From assembly GCA_040954595.2 (NCBI GenBank), contig CM082579.2, forward strand, positions 124,001 to 188,000: a DNA stretch of 64,000 nucleotides. Reading direction: 5' to 3'. Both the position numbers and the translations under genes were made by a program. The notes beneath the pieces were generated by a model. It was not told where the DNA came from, ran no database searches, and was given only the letters and a program-made list of their open reading frames with translations. Below, piece by piece: positions 50,749-64,000 of this stretch. Source of the DNA: Balanoglossus misakiensis. Taxonomy: Eukaryota > Animalia > Hemichordata. Every line of letters begins with the position of its first letter. Position 1 is the stretch's first letter.

Positions 50749-53700
50749 TTAATCTGTTGGGGTAGGAGTATCACTGCCTTGTCCATGTTTCACTTCTTTG
50801 TAACAGGGTCTGCAAACTGACACAGGGCTTTGAGAGTAGTGGCCTGGTAATGGGGTCTGTTTGTCAATACACCGTGTGCAGAAGACTTCACCACACTTCC
50901 AACAATGATACTGAGAGAGAGAAAAAGAGGGACAGTAAATGTCACAGTTCAGTAAAATAACATTTCTTCATTATAATGTCACTTACAGGAATCATCCACA
51001 CCTCTTCTTGTAGGCCATCTTAGTTGTATAGACCCTACTTAGTCATAAACAGTTTCTTTTCAATAGGAATACATGTACACACAAAATAGTTACAGTCTAG
51101 CTTTCTCAAGTTTACTATAAAATTAATGTGATCAACAATTAATGTAAAATGGATAACCATTTCTACACCCATATCTAGAATTTGGATTTTTTTTCAGGTT
51201 ATACACAGAACTGTATCATGTCTAGCTTCACACTGGATTTTCAAACTAATACCCAGCAAAACCACCCATGAAGGGAAACATCATAGGCAGTGAAAATTGA
51301 AATGCACAAACATGACAGCATATAATACAAACATTTTTACTGAGTGTCACAAAATAATCATTTCAATAGATTTATTATGACTTACCCTTCTACTGAAGTG
51401 ATCAAAAGGTGATGCACATGAACACTGCCGCACGTTACGAATTGTCTTCCAATTCAATGCTACTGAGTCCACACACTCTTCTAACTGTGATGACGTCAGC
51501 TCTATGTAGGTATCATCACCTGCCATTCGATTTATTGCACTGCTGTCGGAGTTGGTACTCATTTCTTCACCACTTGATTCTATTGCACTATCACCCTCAT
51601 TGCAATCATTCACTAAATCTCCATCACAAATCTTATTCTTTTCCAAACTCTCTGCCATACTGTTTACATCTCTACTGGTATCTTTTTCTCTTCCTATGTC
51701 AGTTTTTTCTTCTGACTTTCCAAGCAACTTTTTCAGGCTGGCAATTTTCTGCAGAGAAAAAAATGTGAAAACATTCTATGAACATACTGTAGTCATGAAA
51801 CATCATGTAAAAGGTTGAAAAGACCTGAAAATCACTCAAAAGCTGTTGTAAGTACTACTGTATGATTTCATGGCTGTTGATTTCTAGCTTGACCTTTGAC
51901 CTGTTCTTTTAACCACAAGATACATATACCAACAGTATGATATGAATTTATGGTATGCAGTAAACTCCTACCTATACAAAACATAAACCTTAACTTCAAA
52001 TTTTACCTTCTCAAGAAATGTGACATGGTCTTCTAGTGAAGTACTATGATCTTTCATTGCACTCAGTACATCTTGTAATGATTCTCTGGGATGAATTCCA
52101 TTATCAAACCTGTTGTACATTCCACGCCAAAACCTAGCAGGGATGGAAAATCTTAGTTTAGCAAAGATGTGCCTTAGACTGGCTCAGATGTGCTATTTAC
52201 TTGGAGGCTCAATTTCCACAAAAGAGTTGTGTGAGCATGCATATGGTGGGACATGAATTGATCATAGATGGGGGAAGTGTGATTTCAATTTTATTAGTGC
52301 TATAATTTCCATGTTGTCATGGTGTGAGACGTGTAGACCAAGCTGTGTGTCACAATCATAGAACTAATCAAGTAAGTGCTGCTCTATGATGAGGTGAGAG
52401 TTGGAAATGTTGTAAGAGTGAAATATATTACTGGCCTTACTTGAAACATTGAGGGCTGGTATTAGGTAACATCAAACCCTTCGTGATGGGATGGTCTTTT
52501 CTGTACAATGGGTTAACGTAGTCTGTCATCCTTGTCTGCATATATCCCCATAATGAATAAGTTCTTGATGACAGTCTGTTAACAAACAGGAAAATGCACT
52601 TACTGAGAGATCTGCATAAGTAGCCTTGTCATGGCAGTAAAGAAAAAAAGACACAATAAAATTTAAAAAAGGCATTTCCCCAGTATCATCTGTGTACTAA
52701 CCTTCTCAATTCTTATTATTAGCTTAGATTGACACCAGAGCCCTGTAGTTGATAAGTCTCTGACAAAGTGAGAATGATACATGTATGTGGAGTCACTTAC
52801 TTGTTATCAACTCGTTCTTTCTCACAATTTCCCAGAAATGTCCCAAACTGACAGGAATAGACATGATCATGTAGTGTCAATAGGAACCGCTCATTGAATT
52901 GGAACGCACAAGGAAATTGCTGTGTTAACTGCCAGACACTGTCTAGAAACTGGGTGAATACTGGTGATACTTCCCTGGGATCAATGTCCAGGAAACCACA
53001 CCTACAATGTCAAATTTGTGAGAGGAAATTATTTAAACCACATTGGTCTGTCTTTTCTCATTATTTTCATGACTTTAGTTTCAAAGTAAAGTTATGTCAT
53101 GTTGTTGTATGCACTAATGTGTGTCTGTTGGTTTACTATACATTTGTATTTGTGCAAGAAATACACATCGGGAAATCCCATCTTGAAGTTCAGCTTTAAA
53201 TATGGCAGCTGCTGTTTAAATTTCTACAATTATTTGGATCATAGGATCCTATGCTGTCTGTGGGTTGATGATGACAAAACAATGTTATAGACTATGGTAT
53301 TCAAACTAGAACAATGATCCTACAGAGTGCAACACATGTTTGAGCATGGTATTTGTGTGGCACACATCATGGATGCTTTTTCTTGTCACAGATTTTATCC
53401 CCAAAACAAAAAGAAACTCAAAGCTATTTTTGAAATTGCTCCACTAGCTTTTCCACGAGACAGTGAGCGTGTGAAGATGGAAGACGATGTTTCTTACCTG
53501 TCAGTAAATTTATGTCCAAATGATAACCATTCTTTTTCTATTAAAGCCTGGAAAAGAAACATGAAAAATGTAAAATGCATCAAATAAATAATCATGCTAT
53601 GTTATCTGAACATTTTTGATGTCCAAAATGAGTTGTTTAATAAGATAAAATTTTCATTTGGTATGTTTGACACTTTGTGATGTGATTGATGTATATCATT

Positions 53701-56700
53701 ATGGATTGCGATCATAGGGTAGATCTGGATCATCATTAAAACATGTTCACTCTGCAGGGATGGTGATCATGATTAGACACACTTAGAAAAAATATACTCC
53801 TGCTATATAGAAGAAATTAAGGACAGCAAACACACTTACTTGAAAGCCATGTAATGTTCTGTAATATGGGTCTAACATCATACAAGCCAAGGAGCAAGTC
53901 TGTGCTGTTCTATCCCAACCATCAGAACAATGGACTAAAACATTAGCTTTCTCTTCAGCTATGGCCTGAAATACAACACAGATATCATTCATAACCTGAT
54001 GACAGGGTCTTGGTCATTTTATTTAGCTCCTTGAAACTATCACAACATGGAGAGAGTGTTATTGGGATTGTAAATCAATATTTCTCATGGACGTTCATTT
54101 GTTGATAAGGATATTGCAGAGTACATAACAATTTTTTCTTTTGGCAAAGTATGCATATATAGCAAATATTAATGCTATAATTCTTTCTGGGCGAACAGAA
54201 AGTCATGTATGAAATAAAGAGCAATTTAAGTTTGAAAAATATTTCTTGTCACATCATTAGATATGTTGGCATTGACTGACCTTGGCAATGAATACAGAAG
54301 TATCCAAGATGGTTTTGATGTGTTTCAACCAGCCACTGCCTTCCAGTCCATCTAAAAAGGAGTTCATAGATGGGTTCTTTAATTCACAGACTGTGAAGGT
54401 GACAGGATGGAGAGAAATAGAAACAGAGAGTGCTCTGAGAAATGGAGCAGTATTTTATGAGATGAAAGCAATTAGACTATGTGGTGGCCAAGTTGATACC
54501 AAGTATGGTGTTAGATTGGATACAATCTGTAGTGTTGTCAGGTTGGTATGGTTTGCATGCAGTGGTCAAGCTGACAGGTTGTTTGGTTATACAGCTGAAG
54601 TTGGGTTAGAAGGTACCAGTACATCCATATCAGGACATAAAGATGTGCATTAATCCATTGTTATCAGCAGATAATGGGCGCCCCTAACGACAGAGCTTGC
54701 ACCTTACCTTGTTTTCAGTAATGTACTAAATGTTTTAAGTTCCATATTGTAATCAATGACTTTCTCACATCAAGTGCAAAACACATATTAACATTTATAT
54801 TCTGCATAAAGACTTATTTGAATGCTTTGAATGAGTACACATTTATTGTACATTGTACTAGCATATCTGCTGATGTGTTTCATTTTGCTTATGATCTATA
54901 ATATGATCCACACTTTCTTATTGGAAGAATAGACCATCATTTGTACAAAATAACATTCACTTTATGACAATGTGGTGTGTAAGGGAGCTTGAATAGATGA
55001 AGTTAACATTCCAAAAGATGACTTTGTAGAAGAAAGAGTGACATGATTTTATGTAGATGCAGGTTGTTAAGATTTGTTATGTGACATATATACTGAAATT
55101 GAGATTGGTTGAAGCTATCCATTTCAACAAAACAAATGCAACCTCCACCAATACAACATGTATCTGACAAAAATAACAATGTTTGTCATCTTGAAATGTT
55201 GTAAACAGCCCAAGTTTTCTCATCAAAATTGAACATCAAAACATATTTATCAGATTGAAAGAGTCAACGCAGGAAAACTTGAGCACACACATCATAGCAT
55301 ATAACCATTTCTAAAACACCACATAACTTCAAGTACAGAATAACACCACTCACTTTCTTTTAAGCTAACCCTTTCACCCTAATAATTGGTAGAATCCAAC
55401 TGCTTTCATTGCCATAGTTGGATCAACATACACAAAAATATAGTGAAAGGGTGAACTTTGGTCTTTCAAAACATAATAACTAACATTTTCTACCAGTACC
55501 TTCTATAAGTTTTTGTAGACTGCTTCTCATAACATGGATATTCTCAATACCTAGGAACTGAAATTTGATATTGGAGTAGAAGTCTGTGCTTTCATAGCCT
55601 TTCCCAGCAGCTTTGTTGGCCATTGCATTGATCTGAAATTAACATGGATACAGTTATTAAAGAGAACAGTAATGACCAACACACTACAATTGTATTTTGC
55701 ACAAGACAAAATGTTACTGTGTAGAAGCATCACAAAGAAAACCTTTTCTGATAATTATGTAGTACTAAAATACTTGGAGTGAGAAAATGAATGCTACCAG
55801 AACACCCCTTAACCTGTGAACCATGAGCTACTGTTGAACTAGGGCATTGTTTCAACTCTGAATGCTTTGAATCCTTTGGTATCACCATTAGCGCTATAGC
55901 AAAATTAAACACATCAGCAGATATGCCAGTACAATTCAATTTACTCTATTTAAAAATGTGCAGCAGTAAAAGTATGTGCTTTTATTTTGAACAGTATGAA
56001 TTCATTATAGTCATATTGCAGGAAGGTGGCTGTGGTGAGATAGATTAGCATCAACTTACCTTTGGCCTTGTATCTACTATGTACATAAAATTACAGTTTG
56101 AATTGGCTTTGACCAAAGCTTGCAGTAACTGTTCATCTTCCAAGCATCTAGCACTGAATCCAGCAAGTGGTTGACTACATCGCAATATTGCTGCCTGTCA
56201 AGGAGACACAGATTTGAGATGAGTTTCAGCTGCAGTTGCATGTTAATTACCAGCAAGATTTTTTTTTTCAGTCATTTTTCTCGTCAAAGACAATGCAAGA
56301 AGAATTTATTTGTACATGTAGTTTTTCCAATACTTAAAATGCCTGAGCACACAGGAAACAAATTAATGTGGAAAGTCTCAAAATGATTGCATTCCATGAG
56401 GCTCGTTCCTTGAAACCTTGCAGCGATGACATATGAAAGTGATCAATGGTAATTTCACGGAGTATTCTCCATTATGAGAGTGTAACTTGGGCCGAAGAGT
56501 GTATTTCATGTAGAAATCCAGCTAAATCACGTAATTGCCTGCCTGAGGCAAAGCAAAATGAAGCATGGTTGATGTGCTGTGAATGGACCTCAACTTCCTT
56601 CACAAAACGACAAAACTATATTCATGGACAATCCAACACTAAGGGCAGCACATCATTAGAGTAAGGTCACCCACTAATATGAGTGGAACGTACTCTTAAT

Positions 56701-59700
56701 GCTGTTATTTTGAGAACTGTCTATATAACATGTGATGCATTGCTTGTCTGTGGATCAACATGTCCTCCAGGATACCTGAGCCATAAATTTTAATTATGCT
56801 AGACTAGATAACAGATGAACCAAACACAAGGTGATTTTCGCTAATGACAGCAATACCAGAGACTGTTTGCCTTCCGTTAGTTTGACACAAAATGCCATGT
56901 TTTCACAGAATACTCAAGAAGCAAATTGTTTCATTGGACTAATATTTCAAAAATTGAAAAATAGTCCCCAAGGTTTTGTCCATGGGGACTAAAAAGCAAC
57001 AAAATCGAAACCCTTTCACCTCAATTTCCCTTTTAAAGGTAAAACATTACCATAGAAAACAATTGGTTTGGACTGAACACTGGTGATGAAAGGGATAAGG
57101 TAGAAAGTGATATACCTCGTTGTAATGTTGAAATTTGAACCTGTGAGCTGAATGGTCAGAGTTGTTGCAAAATTACTATTCGTTGAAGTTTTTAAGAAAA
57201 AAACTTAAGCATAACCAAATGGAATTTTATACATACCCCATTATCTCTATGTAGATATGACAGGGCAGGCAATCTTCCTCTGCTCCTGAACTTTGAACTT
57301 CCCACTAGCGTGGGTGTGCTGACTGATGAAGGTACATACAGTTTCCTTGGATACGTATCACATATCTACAAAGGCACAACAAAGACCATGGCATATGAAA
57401 AAAAACCATCACATAAATGATGAATCGTTCTGTGGAAAATGTCACTCTTTTTCAGACCCATACAGATCACTTAATTAACTATAAATCCATGATCCCTCAA
57501 GGGATTTCGATAATTACACATAGGCAAGGCTAAGAGATAAATATTACAGCCAATGCATACAAAAGACAACAACCTTTGAGTTCAATCTTATGGCTCCATG
57601 ATTCACAGCTTCCCTTTGCCAATACAGAACTAAAGGTGAAATGATATTGGGAATACCAAATAGACCGTGTTTTGGTGCATTACATGATTGCTTCTCTCAT
57701 TTTGTCAGTATGAATTTCAGATAGTTGAATCTTTATACATATCCCCCTAAGCCATATCTACATCCCCCAACAAAGGTTGTTTCAACAGCAATATGGAATG
57801 TGTTAAATTAGTAGAGTTATTTACAACCGTGGCCACTTATGAACCCAGGCTCCATATGCAAGGTAGAATGCATTTTGAACAGAGTTTTTGTCTATATATG
57901 GCCACACTCCATGGAAAACCTGTAATTTTAGGCTAGTAATAATAGTAATGGAAACAGTAATAAAAACCTTTTTGTTGAATAAAGTACGAGCAAAAGTGAA
58001 CAATTTTCCTTTCCAAAGAATGTTCTTTGCAGAATGTTCTAACAGTGCATTAAGCTGTCAACCCAAGATGACAATGCCATTACATTTCCATAGATCAATA
58101 GCTCCCATTCCATTAGAATGAACATTCAATCAGAATTACCTGACAATATAATATGAATTCTACATAGCTAATTGAAAAATGAAAAAGCCCATGTCTACAT
58201 GTATGTACATTTTACATGAATTTTATTACGTAAATAAAATCTGATTAGGACTTTCATTTCAGGTTTGGCTTATATTCAATTTGGCAATTGGAAAAACTTA
58301 CAGTGATGTAATTTGTGTACATTCATTCTTGGTAGTAAATGTCACAGAAGAAATTTCAAGTTGCTGTTCCAGCAGGCCATAGCCGAAGGGCAGATTACTG
58401 CACTGGCTGAATATATGCCCATTATCAGCAATTCCCAAAACATGAAATACAATCCCTAGCCATTTACACATCCTATAAACCACGGGTCAAAATGATATAA
58501 ACACAGAGAGAATTCTCTCTCTGCAAACTAATTCAATTCATGGCTTCAATACATATTGCATATCTTTCTCACAACTACCTAATGTACAACTGTCCAAAGA
58601 GAATGTGAAAACATACTTGCATAGTACTGACGTACCAACTTAAATGAATTTACGGTATAGTATGCACCCTGGGGAAAAATTTTCACGAAAATAAGCCCCT
58701 TCAAATCTTTGCTAACATTCATAACATTTTGAGGAGTCATTTGTTTTCATAGAAACATTCTGCCCCATTTCCATGTATATACCAGCCTAACATACATACA
58801 ATGGAGTTATAAGCTCAGAGAAAAATCAAGGATTCAAGATCATATGTGTTCATTTCATACTCACTTCATAGTCCTTATTGATAGAAGTCAAACACCATGT
58901 GTCATTAGGCACTCCCATACGACTGTAGTCTGTTTCCACATCAAACAGGTTCCAACCTAGTGACTTAGTGATTTGTAAATTGGGTGCATTGTAATGGAAA
59001 GCATACAAGTCTTGCATTTCCACTGAAATAAATAAGACAAAAATTGTTGATGTAGATGCCATCATAAATATGCAAAGTCTGGGTAAACTCTGCTTGATTT
59101 TGCTGTGAATATTCACAATTCAAAATTAAACTGAAATTTATAATGCTGCTGCAAATATTACAAAGGCATGTTAATTAATTTTATTGAAACAGAACTCAGA
59201 CATTTCAAAGGATATTAAAATTGCAACCTTTTATACATGTATGTTGTAGTAAAGGAATTATGTCATTACAAAAGCTGTCAAATTTACCTCAAGGTGTTCC
59301 TGTTTATAGAAGTACTGTTATCTACTACATATACAATCTCTGCTTTTGTCTTTCTAACCTGTGTTGTCAAAATTGCTTTATTTTGCTAAATATGTTTATT
59401 GGCATTTTATATAATTTACCATCAAAGCATCACATGGGGGCTTAAACTTTTCCATTTATCAGATTAGACGTAGTAAAAATATATGGAAGGATGCTTAGCA
59501 ACAAACACTTCATTTCAAGTATTATCTCAAAGCAGATAATGTGATGACATGTTACTGATCTGTGCGTGAAATGCAATCACCACTGTGACTGGACTGATAT
59601 ACCATAACAGATCGGTACACATTGGTTGTTTTTGTGAATATAATAATATACCATTTCTTGTATTTTATTCCATGTAGTGAGTGAACGATACTACATGTAC

Positions 59701-62191
59701 CAGTATCAAAACAACCATCTGGATTTTAGGAAGCTTGATTGACCAGACCTGGTGTGTCTGTTGCTATGGCAATATATAACCTGCAGCTGTAACATATGGA
59801 CTGCACAAAATATCCATTAAAATCATAAGCAACTGAGTGGCTGTAACATTTTGCACAACATAATAAGAAAAAGTGATAAAGCTTTTTGTAGGAGATAATT
59901 TTTTATATGAAAAAATACAATATATCCCAAAATACATCATTTCTGATTTTGTACATTTGTACAAACCGTTCTACTATTTCAAAATGTCAACTTTCGAAGC
60001 TCTTTATTAGAGATAATATTTTGATAACATTTCAAAAGCTATTGGCCAAACAGCTAATGAGAGAGATTTCACCACAAGATGATTTCATTACAAATTCAAC
60101 AAATCTGCCCCAGGTTATTTATCTCAAGAAACTGGTAAATCTGGCATTTCATCTCTTGGGACCTGAATACTGAAATCAAAATTGTCCTGTGTTGCATTGC
60201 CATGTCTCAGAAAACCTCTTCAATGACGATGTCTGATTAATCATGTTTTAAAAAGAAAAGTCAAACATTTACTTGCTAAATCACATTAAATTTTTAAATA
60301 AATTCACCCGAGTATAACATGAACAAATTTAATGCTGTAAAACCTCATTCACTACCGAGGGTGCAATTACTTTCTTTTCTGAATAGGATTATTATTATTG
60401 CACAAGTTAACAGTAAACATGTCACTATTGCATTTTCAGTCACCATAAATGTGATGCTGCAAGTGAAAATTCCACTTATCTGGTTGTTGAACTTTTCCAT
60501 GTACATGAAATTATTATGGGACTGTCAAAACTCAACTCACCTGGTTTTGAAAGTTTACACAGTGAAGTATAGATATCATGACATTCCCGTTCTCTGGGTA
60601 TCACGAAAGTAGCTGACTGGAAGTTCTTGCAGCGGATTTGTATTGGTGAGCCAGCTGTTGTGAGTGGCATCTTCTCCACTGATGCAATATGCATGTGCAT
60701 TATCTGGGGAGATAAGCATCAGCTGATCAAGGCATCTGAATGGGGTTTATGCTAACTTGTCAGTGAATTATACCGGTAAGTACATGGGTATATGTAGGTT
60801 TCATCCATATAGGTGCAGTAGTTCTATGTATACAACACAGTTGTCAATGTGCTCTAAAGATAACTGCTTCAGAATTAAATGGCATGCTTCTCTTGGGACT
60901 CGGACAAACTTGACAGGAGAGCTAAAAAGCAAATGTGCAATGCAGTAAAAATATAGCAATGCAAAAATTCACAAGGAACATTTCCCACTGTCAGTCTGAT
61001 GATCTCTTTCCCCATACCTATCTACATTAAATAAAATTATAAACATGATAATTCATTACTTCATCATTCTCATAACAGTTTCAAATAAAATGCGAAAGAA
61101 TTCACGACAAAATGTAGCTGTAATTATTTGTAGGAAGTCGCACAAAATTAATACCTACAGGCAATCTTTATGTAAATCCTGACATTTTGAAATGTTGTAT
61201 AAATAAATCCCAAAATAGTGTTGATCATTGATTGACTGCAGTAAATGAATAGTTCTCATTACATCTGTCAAGACATGACCTAAATTGAACAGGAAATGAT
61301 ATCACCCACGGATCACTTGTAGTACTTTCTTTACAGCTGTCTGAATGTTTGATTGAAATATATTCGAGTTCAAGGAATACAATCACCTCTAATTTACATA
61401 ATACATGTACTGATATATGGATGGTTGAAAGGTGTTTAAGTCTTCAAATGGCCATGAGGTGGCATATATATTTGTATGGCTACTTAGTGAAAATGTGTAG
61501 TTGGTTAGATCTCTGTTTTCCATGGTAATCATGGCTAAACTTGCATTTAGGCAACTGTATACCTTTAGTTCAATGAATGACACGTGGCATACAGATGATT
61601 TTGAAATAGTACAGTATTTTAATATGGAAAGAATTTAAAACAGCAGGTAGATTTGTTTCATAAATGTCGACTTCAAAGAGAATTGTATACAGTAGTTGGT
61701 AAAATGACGAGCCATGCAGGAAATATGAACTTTTTGCTGGTTTACTGACACTTATATCATTGAGCTAGAATGGACAAATTAAAATGATCTTAAAGACTAC
61801 TTTGCTTATAAGGTAAATTATTTTTAAAACAAAATTATATCATAACTTGATGCTAAACACTCTAAAAGTATGATATTTGAATTCAAACAAAAGAAGAATA
61901 CAGAAACATGGAACACACATGTAATTATTTTAATCTTGCCATTTTTCCTGTGTGTGCTTCTATTATAAAACCCAACAACCATTTTCTTGAATAATTAATC
62001 ATCTCCTTGAAATGAGATGGTATGAAAGTAACCCAAACCTGATGGTAAAATTTCTCTCTGGAAAATACACTTACCCATGTTTCCTTCTTTCCAGCTGGAT
62101 CCACAAATATCAAATGTGTGGCCGTCAAGTACAATGTTCCAACTGATGGTTTACGACTATTGAATCGGTCTAGAAGTCGCACATTTTCAAC
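50749..62191 (-). CDS. MTMR6: Myotubularin-related PI-3-phosphatase, MTMR6/7/8 group, with C-terminal FYVE; first exon alternative or outside the window
   Basis: Exons 62191-62075, 60703-60541, 59022-58865, 57365-57237, 56194-56060, 55632-55500, 54390-54281, 53965-53840, 53547-53498, 53001-52801, 52575-52441, 52133-52007, 51748-51386, 50910-50749. [33 protein letters not shown]; intact catalytic [14 protein letters not shown]; FYVE cysteine pattern. Probably co-orthologous to vertebrate MTMR6/7/8. Confidence 0.95.
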
Positions 62192-64000
62192 CTGAAAAAA
62201 GTAACATTTGTGTACAATTGTATTGGACAGTTCGGGTAGTGATTAAAATACAAAACAATTGAGGTACAAGGCTAAACGAGCATCAAATTACATTGTACAG
62301 AACATGTCTGCCTTTCTGCTGGAGTTACAGAAAAAAAACAATCAACGTTTAGCCAACATGTATACAGTATGAACAGCTACAAATATGGCCAGCTGTAAAA
62401 TGAACACATTCATTTACCTTGAAGCAACTGAGGGCATGGAAGCATCGTTTGGAATGCAGAAAGAGCATCAAAAATTTGAAAGGGTCGCAGAAAAGGCACA
62501 TCATATATGTGAATCAATCCATGAAGGCAGATTCAGTCATCACCTAGGCTAGCTACACACGACTTCATGGGTTGAGTGAGCTGATTTGCTTGCCTGGACA
62601 AGTACACATACTGTGTTGAGTGCAGTGACGCTCCTCACTCATAAACGCTGCGTTTTGGAAGTCTCCACAAGTGAAATTTAAAGCAGTATTTGTCACTGCC
62701 AGAGAAACAAGCGCACACTCCCGTTTATTTGAAGATAAAATCAACCAGCCTATTATAGTGCCAGGCTCGAGTCAATGAATGCATGTTAATTTACATAGAA
62801 AGAACTATCATTGAAACATCTGCATACATATACAGTCATACAGGATGTATACAAATTCTTCAGAAATATGCCACCATTATTAAATAAAACACAACAAAAT
62901 CATCAAACATTCAAAATTTCCAGGAAATTGTACATTTTTTAAAACCCTTTTCAGACTCGATCCTACCTCATGATGAATGGTACAACCCTGAAATTATCTT
63001 GTATTCACATGGGTATTGGTTCATATAAACTGAAGGTACATGTACAGTACATTTTTTGTATGGCTCAGTGCAAACTGCATAAACGGAACCAACATGTACT
63101 CTATAGCAGTCAGTTACAAACAAGACAGAGCTTTGTAATTGATGTTTCATTTCCATAAAGTTCCTGATTGAGCTGACAGAAAATGATAAATAGCGCAAAT
63201 CATATTGTTGAACTTTTACTATAAAAAAACACAACATCTATTTTATAAATTAATCATATGTACAGTTGGATGAAAGACTTCATTAACTGTCCACTCATGA
63301 GAAAGATAGTTGACAAAACAATCCCTGTCATGTTAGATGAAGAAGAGAACGATGCATATATGTCATCTCACAATGCTTTGACATAAAACCTGCATCTCCT
63401 TGACAACTCTTTCATTAATGATGAAATGCATACGCTTCCATGGCGACATTTCATGTGAACAAAATACTCCTTACAGCTGGGAATAGACCGTGAATAATCA
63501 GTATCACCCAGATGTAGAAATGCTAATCATACACACATTAGATGTCTTTCATTCTGTACTGTAGTACATCACACTGGCTGGTTTTATTCAACTCAATATA
63601 CTCTCAAACTCTCATCTTTATGCATGATCCTTCTTTGATGATTAATCAACAATGACAACAATTATTCATAGTTTCATTTCTGGGCTCATTTGAGCAGTTG
63701 TATCAGTGTGTACTTCTAATTCCCTTCCTATAAAATGTCAATTGTCATCAATCAAATATATCCGCTTATCTAGATAGCAAGAATTAGGTCACAAGGCCAC
63801 CCGTACCCAAACAGCACGAGACTATCATTTCTATTCTGTTCTATTCTATTCTAGAAGACAGACGGATTATCTAAAACTGAAAAAAAAGCCTTTCCACATG
63901 TGATGGGTACATGTTTATTTGTGCATAAGCATCGCCAATCGATGTACCAACAGGTTGTTTATATAGATAGTCAACATTAAACAGAGCAATCATGTTATTG

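Noticed and set aside
54282-54653. 123-aa + strand ORF
   Set aside because: Partly antisense to an MTMR exon, otherwise intronic, with no motif or splice support.

Overview
AT-rich, intron-rich genomic DNA of an animal, probably a marine invertebrate deuterostome (taxon inferred from gene content and style, not provable here). Seven spliced protein-coding genes were reconstructed by hand from GT-AG junctions with consistent phases: KIDINS220 (-, 5' half), RFXAP (+), FIP1L1 (-), MTIF3 (+), an unidentified multi-pass membrane protein (-), FCHSD2/Nervous-wreck (-) and an MTMR6/7/8-type myotubularin with a C-terminal FYVE domain (-). KIDINS220/RFXAP and FIP1L1/MTIF3 are head-to-head pairs. Mobile DNA: a decayed GalEa-like Copia gag with its PBS, a nested pair of Helentron/DINE-like non-autonomous elements, and a set of small, internally dissimilar TAG...CTA fold-back elements, three with perfect 9-bp TSDs (AcademH-like), all near gene 5' ends. 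The most unusual structure is the KIDINS220-RFXAP intergenic region. It holds two long palindromes that carry core-promoter motifs (ETS, ZNF143, YY1; YY1 plus a splice donor) in mirror image, which suggests transposon-built bidirectional promoters. Also notable: a PAM2-like motif in Fip1, an RFXAP in an animal presumably lacking MHC, and a duplicated micro-exon that could switch off the FCHSD2 coiled-coil/PDZ-binding tail.
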